Below, piece by piece: positions 1 to 13,400 of a stretch of 64,000 nt of DNA (position 1 is the stretch's first letter; each line of letters begins with the position of its first letter). The notes under the pieces are model-generated. The model was not told the DNA's origin, searched no databases, and was given only the letters and a program-made list of their open reading frames with translations. The stretch comes from Squalus acanthias (lineage: Eukaryota), in the NCBI GenBank assembly GCA_030390025.1, contig JASTWF010000366.1, positions 124,001 through 188,000 on the forward strand, in the 5' to 3' direction. The position numbers and the translations under genes are program-made.

Positions 1-509
1 CCTTTGCTCATTATAGTCAGGGTGATAATGCTCTGTAATGAAATACATTGCCAGGTCAGGTATAGCACTGTTTGATGCAAATTAAAATGTCCTTTTCTGT
101 GCCATAACAATGTGCCAACTGCAGGAGAGCTCGTCCTACCAGTGTGGCATTTCTCTATATCTCCACACCAGCCATCCTGTGGTCTCTCTGGATGAGATTG
201 CAAATATTAGTGCCACAAATGGGGCAGTTTTCTGCCATGGGCCCAATGCCGACTAGAAAGTTAATTGAGTCTGTGCCAAATATTTCATATTGGACCTTTC
301 TCGCCAGCAGGGAAAGGCAATTTTAATTACGTCAGTATTGCTGGATTGAAACCCTGGTACCAGAGGTGAAAGGACAGTGTCTAAACCACTGCACCACCCT
401 GCCCCTCTGCTCCATCCTTTCTTATGTCTCTCTCCCCAGCAGGTTACAAGTTACGTAACAATCACGGGACAATGATAATTAAAGAACACCCTGAATCTGT
501 AGACTATTT

Positions 510-1402
510 GGGGGAGAAATTCAGTATCGCCCCATTTGGGGCGCAATTATCGGCCGGGCGCAAAGATTAGCGCCTGGCGCTAATTATCGCCACCGACTGC
601 AAACTTGACTTTTATCGCCCCTGGAGGTGATTGGAGCGCTAAATCGGGCGCTTCACACCTGTCTTAAGGCACAAAGGCCGAGGAGCGAGGCGCTACCTCA
701 GAGCGCTGGCGAAGCTCATGTGATGTCAGTCAGCAATGGAACACACACACAATGGCACCGGCCAGTTCTTAAAGGGGATGGTTGATCTTGCTTTCCATCC
801 ACATCCTGCTCATTGCAGCCTTGAATCTCTGCCTGGAGAGACCTGCACATCAAATCTGCTGGAAAGAACAATGGAGAGTACCAGGGAAAGAGCTTAGAAT
901 GCAGCCCCCACAGTCTTTTCTAAATCGATACAAGGAAGGGCAAATCAAAATGAACCTGCAAAGTGCTGCTCAGTACCCAAAACTCCTTCACACAGCGTTG
1001 AAGCTCTCCAGAAGTCTCTCTCTCTCTCTCTCAGAATGCGTGGTTCAAAAATGGCACCAACAATGAAAGGCAGGAAGCGGTCGCCTTTAAATAGCGCTCC
1101 CCCAGTCCCTTCATGACTGCAATTCGCTCCCCTCAACCTGTCGTTGCTAGCGTCAGGCGGTAAGGCAGGGGGCGCCACTCAATATCTGCTCCGGGGCGAT
1201 ACCGGGGCGTTGCGCACTCGACTGACGTCACGATCTGCCGGCGCAGGAGATCGTGGCGGTAGTGTTTAGCGCTGCCGCAAAATGTCTAGTTAATTTCGCG
1301 AGCGGCACAAACATTGCCGCGCCTGGGCGCTAGATGCTTTACGCCCCATTAGCGCCCTCTTAAGGCGCTAACGGGAGGTGCAACCAACTGAATTTTTCCC
1401 CC
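510..1402. mobile_element. Non-autonomous Harbinger-type element, GC/CpG-rich
   Basis: TIR GGGGGAGAAATTCAGT / ACTGAATTTTTCCCCC (15/16); TTT on both flanks. Confidence 0.75.
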
Positions 1403-4400
1403 TTTGTGTTGTTTGGTTAATTTAACTCACTAGGATTCTTCGATATTTCAGTAATACTAACTGACTCTTTGTACATTTTTGCACCTGTATTTAATTTTTC
1501 AAAGCTCTAATGTATAGATCTAACATTCCTGGATAGGATACAAGAAAGTACTTGTCGTCTGATAGGTGATTCTTCTCTCATGTCTTGCCTCAAACCTCTA
1601 TGTCCATCACAACCTTTCTTGTCTCTCTATTTTACTGATACTACGTTGCCCCTTTGATCTTTCATTCTTTGTTCCTACCCACTCATCTTCCTGCATCTTC
1701 ACTTATCCTGGTCAATATTTATCCCTCAATCAACATAACAAAAACAGTTTATCTGGTCATTATCCCATTGCTGTTTGTGGGAGCTTGCTGTGCGCAAATT
1801 GGCTGCCGTGTTTCCCACGTTACAATAGTGACTACACTCCAAAAGTACTTCATTGGCTGTGGTCGTGAAAGGCGCTATATAAATGCAAGTCTTTCTTTTT
1901 GTGTTGAAATTAAGATTATTACTACATCTTCTACTCTAACTCATTCTTTCCTTATAAGTGTGGGACTCCTTCCTAACTCCGTCTAACTCAATCTTTCCTT
2001 CCTCTTACAATCTGCAGGTTTTGAAAACTCAGGTTTGACCTCAGCTTAATCACTACTTTTTGATTTCCTGGTCTTCTCGTCTACTTTTCTCCAGCTCTTG
2101 TTCTGTTCTGTGCTACAGGCCTTGGCTCTTCATCTAGGTTTCACCAGTTTAAAAAAATCAGAAACTGTGAGGGGAACATTTTGACTTTTCAAATCCCTCG
2201 CTGCGATGTTCTGTCTGCTTTCCACCTAAAAGAAAATCCAACAACTGGTTAACAGTACATGGGTGCTTAAAAAAAGAGACTGGATAATGAATAATTTCCC
2301 CCTCCCCCTTCTGAAATATTCCATTCGCTAACTAACAACAGAAAGTAACAGGTGAAAAACAGTAAGAAAGATTGCGGGAGATCAAGATTAAAGCCTCGAC
2401 AGACAACCACGTACCAGCAAGAATTTGGTTTAATTAATAGCACATTTTACATAATGATTACACTGTAATTGCGCTGACTAGCCTGGTGTCATTAAATATA
2501 TCCCTGCTCTTTTACAACACCCTCAGGCTAAAAATAATGAGTTACATTGAAAATCACCGTGCAACAGGTTTATAAATAACATTAAGCCCCTACAAGATTA
2601 GTACTTATAAATAATAAATATTTGCCTTTGTAATTGAACAAAAAATGATGGCATTCCTTCTTCCTTCAGTGGCAAATTGTCATTTTATACAGCTGAAAAG
2701 AAATTTTTCTCCTTCCTTGTAAGACGTGAATAATTTATTGTGGCTCCACACATCTCTATTTCAGACCCCATGCGGAGTCTAGATTGCATCCTTTACCTCT
2801 CAGCCTAACCATAACTAAACAGGGTTGATGAATGCCATGTAGCGTATCATAATGCATGCAGATTCTAAATATGATTCACTCCTGATCCTACACAGTGTAT
2901 GTGTGCAACGGTGAGTGAAGGAAAAATAACCTTTAGAAATTCTTCTTGCTGTCTCCACTGAGTGTGTTTAATAGCTGGTCTTGTCAATAGATTGAAATCG
3001 CATGAAATGCATCAAAAACAGAGGGGGAAAATCAAGAGGGCTTGTCAGGAGGATCACGATAGCCATAGTTTGATGCAAATTATTTTACGTGTTTCCGATC
3101 ATCTTGTAATCTAGAAATACATCAGGAGATGACATGTAAATTTCGTGGTGTTCTGCTTTCATTTCCAGCAGCAGTGATCAAATACAAGCTGGTCAGCCGC
3201 AAAATATATGTATAAATAATTTTCATTTCAAACGTATTAACAGTCAAAATATCAGAATCCGTCACATCAGGTTAACAGAATTTAAGTGCGCCAGGTAGCA
3301 AAAATTGCAATGTTCAAACGCCAGCAAGAAATTAATGACCATCCTGAAAGGAAAAATTTTGCAAGTAATTTCAGAAGAGACACGCACACAGTGTTAGTGT
3401 TGAATTCCAGAGTTTATTTAGTTTAATTCTTGCTGTTATTATTAACCTGTCTCCGATTCAATAATACAGATTTTGCAATCAAAAATTACAGTAATATGGA
3501 TGATCCTATTTAATGGATTTTTTTTAAAGGCAGAATTGGAGCCTAATGCACATTGTACCAGTGATGTGTGTTACAGCCAGTCTTTTATCAGCGTGAGGGA
3601 GTCATAATTCACAGGCCATGAACATACCAGCTCATTGTAAAGGTTCTCTCCATTCTCTTTATTCAGCTCTCCTGGTGGCTCAGTGGGTAAATGTACCATA
3701 CAGTGTGGTAAGGTGCCATAAGACTAGAAAGATCCCAAATTCACTCCTCGGTTTGTACGGGTAGCTCTGTGCTGGGCCGCAACTAGAGTACTACAACTGG
3801 CCTCACCATCCTTAGTATAGACAGCCAGGATTCACGCTCCTAATTGCTACCCCGTGACCCTTGCTGGAAAGTGCACCTGTGTGGATGCTGAACGAGGACA
3901 GGATTGGCACTGCTGTGACGCACTCCAGTGTTGAATAGCCGGCCAGAACTCACTGTCTTGACTTCCACACGAAGTGTAAATATTTAGGTGAGGTACCAGA
4001 GGGCAGCATGAGAAAGAGGAGGAGTAAAAGAAAATAACAAAGAGAATCTCTTTATTCTATGAAGCGTTGCTTGGGATTGAGATAAAAATCAGTTAGCTGT
4101 CAGCATACTGTGTTAGGACACTGTGTCACAGAGTGGAAAACCCCAGGATATATCTCAACTTAGCTGACAAAAAAGGGGCAGAGCGGCATGATTTTACCTC
4201 AGTGTGCATTTCAGCACCTCACTATTGCCTGACAGAGGCTACGGCAACATTCCCAATCGTCCACTCTTCGCCTCAGCCAGAGATTAGAGTACACAGTCTG
4301 GGACAATACAAAGAAGAGAAACAGCAATTAAACACACCAAAATAAAGTGCATCCTCAAAATTAAATGGACTCCCTTGATGGCCTGGTGTTAAAGGCAGAG

Positions 4401-5504
4401 CCCCATGTAGTATGTGGCTACACCGGTCGAACAGTATTCGGATTCAACCCCTGGAATATGCTGAATTAGTTGATCTAAACTGAGACAGTTAGGACACTCT
4501 AACAACAAAATGCACTTGCATAATTGGTCTCAGCACTTTTGGTCTACAGAGGGGGAAAAAATAAGCTAGGTTTCTTTTTCCTGATTGCTATCCAGTGATC
4601 CCTGCTGGAAAGTGTGTTTCTGGAGATTGGGTCAGGAAAGGATCGAGCTCAGCGGTGATGCCTCCCACAGTCAAATAGGTCACCCACATTCACTGTTCAG
4701 TCTCACACGTGAAGAATGGCTACTTCCCTGAGGTACTGGAAGGTTGATGGTTCTTGTGGAAATGCACCTCAGCAGGAGGCTACGTCTTCAGGAGAGGAAA
4801 AATATCGGGGAAGAGGAAAACCCCAGATACCTTAAGATCTGGGAACTTATTACAGGCTACGTTCAGGAAATCAGTGAGCTGATTAACTCTGAAAGTCAAA
4901 AAGGCTGGAAAGCAAAATTGTTTACTAACATATCAGTTTCTATGCTTCATTTAATAGACTAGGTATAAAAAGGTTGGAGGGGTTGTTGGGATAGGGTTTA
5001 ACCTTGATGGTATTTCCAGTGAAGCAGTATAATGGGCTCTAATTGCCTCAGTGAAAGAACCATGTTGACACTTCCTTTTTTTCTCTTGCATTTTTCGAGT
5101 GCCATGCATTTACCATTATGCTAATTCAAGCGTTATATCTGAAAGTGTTTATATGAATGACACAAGTGCCGGTGTAGGTAAAGGGCTGTGAAATGGTCTG
5201 TAAACAGAAAGGAATTGATTCTGGGCAGAAAGCAATGCTGTTAGAATCATAGACATTGAATGCTGAGAGCCGTGTTTTGCCATCCTGATTACAAGATTGT
5301 AACAGACAGGAGCATCGGTATTGCAGAATCAAAAGAGGGAGGTCAGAACAAGTGACGACAGCCCCTATATTAATACCATTCAGTAAAATTAGATATCGTA
5401 CCAGCCTAAAAATTATCAACACGTTCATTTTTTAAATGTTAACTTAAAAAATACTTGAAAAGAACTAAATATCCATTACTGGTTGTTATTAAAAAGTAGA
5501 AAAT

Positions 5505-5940
5505 GGCCCAGCTCCTTCCACCTTTCAGTGGATATGTGCACTGCCTAATCTGGCACTTGGTTATACAGTTCAGGAAGGCCCAGGTTCGGTCCCTCATCTG
5601 TGCTCAGTTAGTTGATCTCTGCTGGGTAGAAGTTAGGGTTAGTGCAATTGTCTCAGCGCTCAGTGCCCTTGTCTCAGCGCTCAGTGCCCACGGGCTAGGG
5701 AGGGGAAAATTAGCCAGGCTTTTCTCTTCTAATTGCTATCCAGTGACACCTGCTGGAAAATGCACGTACATGGACATCAGGTGAGGAAAGAATCAGGCTC
5801 AGCTAATGATGCCTTCCCAGTGTCAAACAGTCTGCCAGCGCTCACTATCAAGGCTCATGCAAGAAGAATGGCCACTTCGGCAAGGTACCAGAGGGCAGCA
5901 GGTGCCTGTAGAGCCAAATCCTAGCACGAGTCAGGATAGG
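5505..5940 (+). mobile_element. Abundant tRNA-derived SINE (unnamed family); copies at ~3663, 4370, 8350, 9050(-), 13380(-), 14690(-), 15480(-), 16290, 17950(-), 22410, 28610, 29410, 30690, 31680, 34030(-), 46990(-), 52050(-), 53040
   Basis: Shared blocks CAGGTTC..TCC, GTGCTGAGTTAG.TGATCTC, CTATCCAGTGA..CCTGCTGGAAA, GAAGAATGGCCACTTGG. Confidence 0.7.
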
Positions 5941-8014
5941 AGGAGAGATATGTAGAAACATTAAAAAAAACAAGAAATGTACAGCGGCTCAGCCAGCATC
6001 TGCAAGTGGACCGATCCAGCTTGTGCCCAAAACGTTGACCTATTTTCCTCTTTCAGCTGCTGACTGACCAGCTATGCATTTTCTATCTTTAATTTCCGAT
6101 TTTTTTTTTTTTTTTAAATCTCTGGTTGTTATTCTAAATTGTTGGATGTGGTCAGCGCAAATTGTTTTCCCAAAGGCCATGCTATAGCACTGCTCATGTG
6201 CAAGTTTGACCCCTGCGTCTTGACCTCATCTCTCTTTGTCCCTTTCTGACTCGTATAATTCACCGGATTATCTATAATCTTGTTATTGGACATAAATTTT
6301 ACAAGCTGTTGAGAGTGCAGAAAATCAATACCCTTTAAATGCTGTTTATGTGTGATTAACGGTTAATATCCTCACAAATTATTTAATATAATAAGGTCAT
6401 TTGTCTTTTGCATGGGTTTGGTATCTTGCAAAGAATAATAGAATAATAAATGAGGACACTGGAAAAAAGAGGAGATTTCAGATGCTTTCCTGGGTATGTT
6501 TTATTATCCTTATCAGTTTTACAGCCACAAAGCTACACTATGGTTATTTTATGCAAGTAATAAAATTAGGCTGAGATGGAATTAGCAGACTCAAAGCCCT
6601 TTATAGGTCAAGTCGGTGTTTTATGAGCCTGCGACTCCCCAGCACTATTGTCATGAGGCTAGTTAGAGGGGTCTTTAAGCATGATTTAATATGTCCATGC
6701 TTCAGAAAATAGTTAAATAGCTAATTAAATGTAGGAGTTAATTTACATATTAATTGACCTTGCAGTAATATTTATATTGATACTTACATGAGAAGCCTTT
6801 TTGCCTTCATTGCCTTTCATCATAGTTAGTCTGAGCAAATATGGTGGAACTTTTTTGTTTAAACTAAAGTTTCTTTTTTTATTGTCACCAGAGAGTTGTT
6901 GCAATCCCCGAGAATAGCATTGTACATCTGGCCCCAGGTTTTTCTATATTAGCACCAGCTATTGTTTTAGAATAATAGGGAAACATTTAGTAGACAAGGA
7001 AGGGTTGCAGGAAACTCTTGGATCTGCGCCTGTTTCAAAGCTGGTGTTAATTATGATAATCATCACGGCTCTTCTGTCAAGCAGTCCCTTGGGTATCCAG
7101 CTCCGTGACCACGTGGAGAAATTAGCATAACATTTTACCAACAGTTATGAGTCCAGACCATCAACCCACTCCGTTACAGCAGTCAATGCCTGGCATATAA
7201 AAATAAAAGATTACAGTGATGTGGTTGCTCGACAAATACAGGCAATTGGCAAAAGCAGCTGTGTCCGGGTAAATCCGCAAGAGCCTCATGATGTGGCTAT
7301 CACGTTTCTGGACTCTAATTTTTTTTTGTGCTAATTTAATTGTTTCAAGGATGTAATGTATTTGATTCTAATCCCATTGTTAAAAATAATATTCATTTAT
7401 ACATTGGTTGTTATCAACTTGTGAAAACCGACACACTGCTGCTCGCACAATAGATACAAATGAGGGGTAAGGGTCGGGGATGGGGGGAGGGTTGGGGGCG
7501 ACATCTGTGCACTGACAATTATCCAGGGCTCTAAACCCCAGAACATGCTACAATTTCCAAGTGAATGACTCTATAAATGGACACCTGCCATGCTCAGAGC
7601 GTGAATCATTGTAGTCGGAGATGAGCACAAGTGGAGGAACAGTCACGGCTAGTTGGCTGCTGATGTGTCAAATACAATCGCTGCTCAGGGTTCAGTGCCT
7701 CTGCCAAATGTTAAAGTTATTTGTTCTTGTCAATAAACCCAAACTTTACGGTGACCCCATAGTTTTTATTATGCTACGTGTGCTTTAAGGTAGGTCTTCA
7801 TTACTCGCACCAGCTATGAATCTTGCCAGCCTTTTCTACAAAGTGTTTTTTAATATTCTATTTTTTTTAAATAGTATTTTACAGCATTACCTAACTACTA
7901 AATAAAAAAAAAACTAAAAACAGAACATTGGAACACTTTCATCCTGAACTTTCCTGTATCAGCAAAATAATGTTTGTGTTAAATACTGAATTTTAAAAAA
8001 GACTAACCGGTGAT

Positions 8015-8330
8015 ATATGAGACTTTCAGATGAGATGTTAAATCGAGGCCCTGTCTAGGTGAACATAAAAGATCCCATGGTGCTATTCAAAGAAGATAAG
8101 GCATTCTCCCAGTGTCCTGGCCAATATTCCTCCCTCAACCGACGCGACCAAAAACAGATTAACTAGTCATTCATCTCACTATGGAGTCTTGCTGTGAGCA
8201 AAATGGTTGCCACATTCGCCTACACAACAACAACACTGCACTCCAAAGCAATTCATTATCTGTCTAGTGCCTTGGAATGTATCCAAAGGATGTGATAAGG
8301 TGCAATACAAGTGCAAATCCTTATATAATG
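8015..8330 (+). mobile_element. Deu-domain SINE (SacSINE/AmnSINE-like); another 3' part at ~1700-1900
   Basis: TTTCAGATGAGATGTTAAATCGAGG...AAAGATCCCATGG...GTGTCCTGGCCAA; L2-type tail. Confidence 0.65.
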
Positions 8331-10324
8331 TAGAATTTTTTTTTTAATAAGCAAGTACCATATGGTACGGTATTGAATCATGTAGACCAGATGCCTAGTC
8401 AATACTGAATTAGTTGATCTCAGCCAAGAGCGTGGTGGGGATGATACAATTAGTCTTAGCACCCCCGAGTCAGAGAAAGGAAAAGTTATCCAAGGCTGTC
8501 TGCTCCTGATAGCTACCCATTGAACTCCGTTGGATAGTGTGCATGTTTAGTCACTGGCTGAGAGCACGATCAGGGTCAATGCCGCCTGCTGTTGAATAGC
8601 CCCCAAGACTCACTCTCTAGGCTCACACATGAAGATTGGCCACTTGGGTGAGGCATCGGAGAACTACTCAGCAAAAGGATTCTCCTTCCATGGCTGTAAC
8701 CATTTTTACTCCAGCCAATAGGGTGGTTAGTCCTATACGGCAGGAGGGTTTTATAGGCTCCCATTACACATACAATGAGGGGGGGGAGGTGCCCACATGA
8801 TGCAGGTATTCTGCTGGATACAATCTCAGAATTCTGGTCTCCCCTTGCTTGGGAAGCAGAGTTCGAACCCTACACCGTCTGACTCAGATCCAGGAATGCT
8901 ACCGCTAAGCTAAAGGCTCGCTCCCCTTTAAGCGCTGCAGCTGTGTGAGTGCAGGTCACTGTGCATCCTATATTTGTCTGAACTTCAGTATTTCGGAAAA
9001 TATAATATACATTTTCCCAGTTTTCTGCTCTCCTCTCATGATGCTGGGATATGGTTCCACAGATGTTGGGCACCCTCCCGTACCTCACCCCTGCAGCAAT
9101 TCTCCATGAGTAGAGGCTATTCCACCACAGGTCACATCACAGCCGAGCCAGTTTCCATCCTCACCCACACACTATTCACTTTCCAACAGAAGTCACTGCA
9201 TAACAATTCACCAGACATGCCTCACTCAAATGATCATTCTTCATGTGTCGGCCTCAACGGCAATAAAGAAGTGACTGCTGAGGCTTACCCTGCTTTCAGC
9301 CGATCTCCACTTTCCAGCAAGAGTCACAGGATAGCGATCAGAAGTAAGAACCTTGGTTGGTTTTTCGCCTGCCTAATCCAGGGGCACCAAGGCCAATTGT
9401 AGCACTCCAACTGCTGCCCCTGCTGAGATGTGCTAACTCATCACAGATGGGACTCAAACCTGTGACCTTCTGGTCTGTATGGATTAGTAGTATGCTGGGT
9501 GGCAGCTCTACCCACTGAGCCATTAAGGGAGCTGTACGCTGTACAGTTTGGAAACATTGCTGTCTAGCTTTTCTTATTTGAAAACATGTGACAAGTTTTA
9601 TGTTATTATCACTTGTGGTTATGTGAAGATTGTACGGATGACCAGTCAGCCAACACTTATCATGCCTTTGACTGGGAAATCTATTTACAATTCTTTTGAA
9701 ATGTTGGTCTCTAACGTAGATTTTTTTAATGCAGAAGGAAATAATTTATTTTGAAGAAAATGTTCCATTACAGGAATGGCTATTTTTTTTTTGCCTGTTG
9801 TTTACAGACAATGGAATATGTCACTGAAGCTAAATATTACAACTGCCTTTGCTATTTGTCTTTTGCTCACCATTGCTAAGTAGTGTAGTGGGTGCATATC
9901 AATATTAGTACACAGTGTATATATTGATACCTGTAACACTCATCTGAGCATATATATTCTGTGTTAGTGCTATACTACGTGTGTTTGTATTAATATTGTG
10001 TTTTGTGTGTATCAGCATCACTCCCAGGTTATGTATACCACAGATTAGAAGCAGAGCAAAGCTTTACCCCAATAATGTGACCTAACCCCAATCTCAAAAG
10101 AATGCTCCCAAATGCAGCTATGTGACATTTCAATTTTCCACAGTAGCCATCCTGTGGTCTCTATGAGTGAGATTAGCAATTAGTGCTGAACTAATGGCAG
10201 TTTTGAGTTCCATACCCAGTAGGAACTGGATTGAGACTGTCAAAACTCAATTCATGCAGGCCCCTGTAGCTTGTAGAGAAAGGAGACTTTCATCCCGTCA
10301 GTCTGGGCTGGCTTCAAACACAGT

Positions 10325-10468
10325 GGGGGTAATTTTCAACTTCGCTGCCTGGGTATTAACCTGGCAGAGTGGAACGCTCAATGGAACGAGAATCGGGCAG
10401 GTTCTACAACGAGCTGGCAATCAGCTCTGCCCTGCCCTGTTCAGGTGGAAAAATTGAAAATTACCTGC
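10325..10468. mobile_element. Harbinger-type MITE inside an LF-SINE-like copy
   Basis: GGGGGTAATTTTCAA ... TTGAAAATTACCTGC; AGT on both flanks. Confidence 0.7.
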
Positions 10469-13400
10469 AGTGTATGCTAACTCACTATGCCACCCAGTAA
10501 CCCTATATAGTCTGTTTTTTGAAACCATACGTTAAAAAAATATCATTGTAACTGTGGAACTGTATAACTGGTCAATGCCTAGACCAATACTGTTTTAACA
10601 TCTACACTAAAGTTAAGAGAATATCTAACTTCTGCCATAACTTGCTATGACAATATCAGCAAACTTTCCATTTAAATTAAGAGAATATTAAAAATAATCA
10701 AATCAAAATACATTATCGCATACTGGTCTATAGTACAAAATGCATTATCATGTTTTTAATATAATTTTCTTCTGTTTCTCTCCTTTCTTGAAGGCACCAA
10801 CTAGGATACAGTTCCACAGGAGCCGGCAGCTTCTGATTCTTTGTCTAATTTCAACTCAAGAGTGTTTTTTCTCAGTAAACGGAAAAATATTTATGTCAGT
10901 AAAGCTTTAAATCCTGTTGGTCTTATGAGTGCCACCCAAATCAAGTCTACTTCACCGTCATGGACATATGGTGGGAGAAGGGGCAGGCAAAGCAGACTGA
11001 TTGTACAACTTCAGCCCCTCTTCTCTCCTCTCCCAGCCATGGGTCTACTTTTTAAATCTGAGAAGCCGGGTGAAGGGCTAAGGCCAAAAGAGCCACCACG
11101 ATTTGAAAATTTAGGGGGAAGATAAAATAAATCAAGAAGTGGCGATTAGGTGAAGCCATGTCTGAATTTTAAAAGCTTGTAGATTGTAGAAATAATGGGA
11201 GACTAAGGGAGGTAAGGAGTTACATTGGTAAGGTCCTTGGAAGGAATAAGTTAGAGTAAAGATGATGTAATATATATTCATTTTAAAACAGTGAGGATGG
11301 ATGGGGAAGCACAAGTTAGTGTCTTTACAGCTTAGGAGGAACAAAAGAGGACGTTCATGCAAACAATTCTTTTAATAAGTATATCTTTAAAGTTGAAATA
11401 TTCTGCAATTTTCAAGCTTCTCTACTTCTGAGTACAGTATTTTAATTTTTTCTATCTTGTAAACATAAGGAATGCCTAGGAGGATTTTATTTTACATTCA
11501 GTTTTGCAAGAATTTATACCTTCTTCCTGATGCACTTTCAACTTTGTATTAAATTTTAGTAGATAAAAAATATCTATATTGTATACATGAGGTAAAACTG
11601 GAAAATTCAGTACCATAACAATGTTGTCCTTCACAATGGGAACAAGGCTAGAATGGTGCCCCTGGTGGTGAGATAGTGTTATGGTACAATTTATTTACTT
11701 AACACAGAAGCTTACTTTGCAAAACAGTTGGGAAGGGCTCAGACTAATATATTCAATAATATTACAATGATAAATTAGCCTGTGCTAACACTTCCTGGGC
11801 TTGCAGCCTACAAGGCAAGAAATCTACACCACTGCCACTTAGAATATGCCAAAAAATGTGAGAAACCTAAGTGAAGAACCAAAGCCTACACTGCAGGTTA
11901 TTGCCAAGATTGAAAAAGTATGAGAGAAGACAAGATCAATCACAGGATCAGTCATGTGATGCCAATCTTGCAATTTGTGAAGCTGTGAACTGTAGGAGGA
12001 GGGGAAGACTGGGCAAGAAGTAAGGTAAGGAGTTCCATAGATTTGAAATGCTTGGAATGAATGAGTTAGGATAAGAGATGGTGCAATGATTCTTGATTTC
12101 AACACAGTGAGGATGCAGGGAGGAGGAAGAAAATTGTGAAGGATGGTATATTTGAAGCATGGGACAAACAAGGAAAGTAAGTTCAGATAAGCAATGACCA
12201 GAGAAGTAGTGATATAAAGAAAGTAAGAAAGTGGATGGCATAGTGGGTTTGGACCTGGGTTTGAATCTAGCTTAGACTGATGTATTGGGATAGCTCCTGC
12301 ACTTTTATTTCTAGCAACCAGTGAGATGAAAGTCTCCACTGTCTACTGACTGTTTGCGGCCAATGTAAAATGAGTTTGGGCAATCTCAATCCAGTTCCTA
12401 GTGGGTGTAGGCCCACAGCACAAAACTGCACCTAAACTGGTAATGTTACCCAGAAAGGCCACAGAATGGCTGAATAGGAAATGCAAAAATGTCACCAATG
12501 CCGTAGGGGTTGCCCATCTGAGACTGAAGCTGAGACACATTGTTGGAGCAAAGTAGAGGAAGCTTTACCCTGCATCTAACTGCCCTTTACTGGATTTACT
12601 GCTTATATGGACTAATAAAGGCTTCATTAATGTAATCTCTCAATAATATGACACCTAAAATATAAACAGTAAATATGTCTCTATTTTGATAATATTGAAA
12701 ATAGCACACTTAGCTTTCACCTCTTGGTGCAGGTTCAAATCCAGCTCATACTGACAGGAAATGGTTTGGACAATCTCAGTTCAGTTCCTAGTGAGCTGAA
12801 GCCCAGAGCACAAAACTGCATCTCATTTGGCGCTAATAGTCAATCTCACTCAGAGACAAAACAATAGATGGTGAGAGAAGCAATCTGATAAAATACTGTA
12901 GCATTCATCCCTTGAAAACAGTGAAACTATCACATAGAGAATTACCAATCCAAGTGTGATTAAATATAGAACTTCTTTGCACATAGCTTGCATAGTGTAT
13001 ACCTGTGTAATGCAAGGTCAAAATTATAATCTTTCAACAAAACTAAACTCTTAAAAGTGTTTTGAATCAAAATGATATCATACTTCTTTATGATAAATGA
13101 ACCATTTTGTTTTTAGAAAAATGGAACAAGCAATGATTTAAAATTTACCAAAATGCGTCATCGAGGTCATCATGACAAAAATGACCTTCTAACCATTCCA
13201 ATGTTTGAGAAACTTTTTTTTTATGGGACAGAGTGCCCCTTTAAAGCATAAGCTCCACTCACAAAGGAGAGAAAACAAAAGAGCAGTCAAAGATGGTTAA
13301 ACTAGGAACTCTACACAACACAATATTGGATTAGTGCCTTTAAAGGGCTAGTTTATTATTTTTTCCCCATTTTCTCCCCTCTTCTGAAGACGTTGACCCA

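Noticed and set aside
510..1402. CpG-island promoter
   Set aside because: The CpG-rich stretch coincides exactly with a TIR/TSD-bounded transposon.
5648..5689. 21-bp tandem duplication (also 24-bp at ~39782-39835)
   Set aside because: Local slippage inside TE copies; no further significance evident.
8850..8925. tRNA gene (Gln-like), and other A/B-box heads
   Set aside because: The acceptor stem does not pair; these are SINE/TE-derived heads.
11655..11675. CTCF-like CCACCAGGGGCAC
   Set aside because: One base short of the core spacing.
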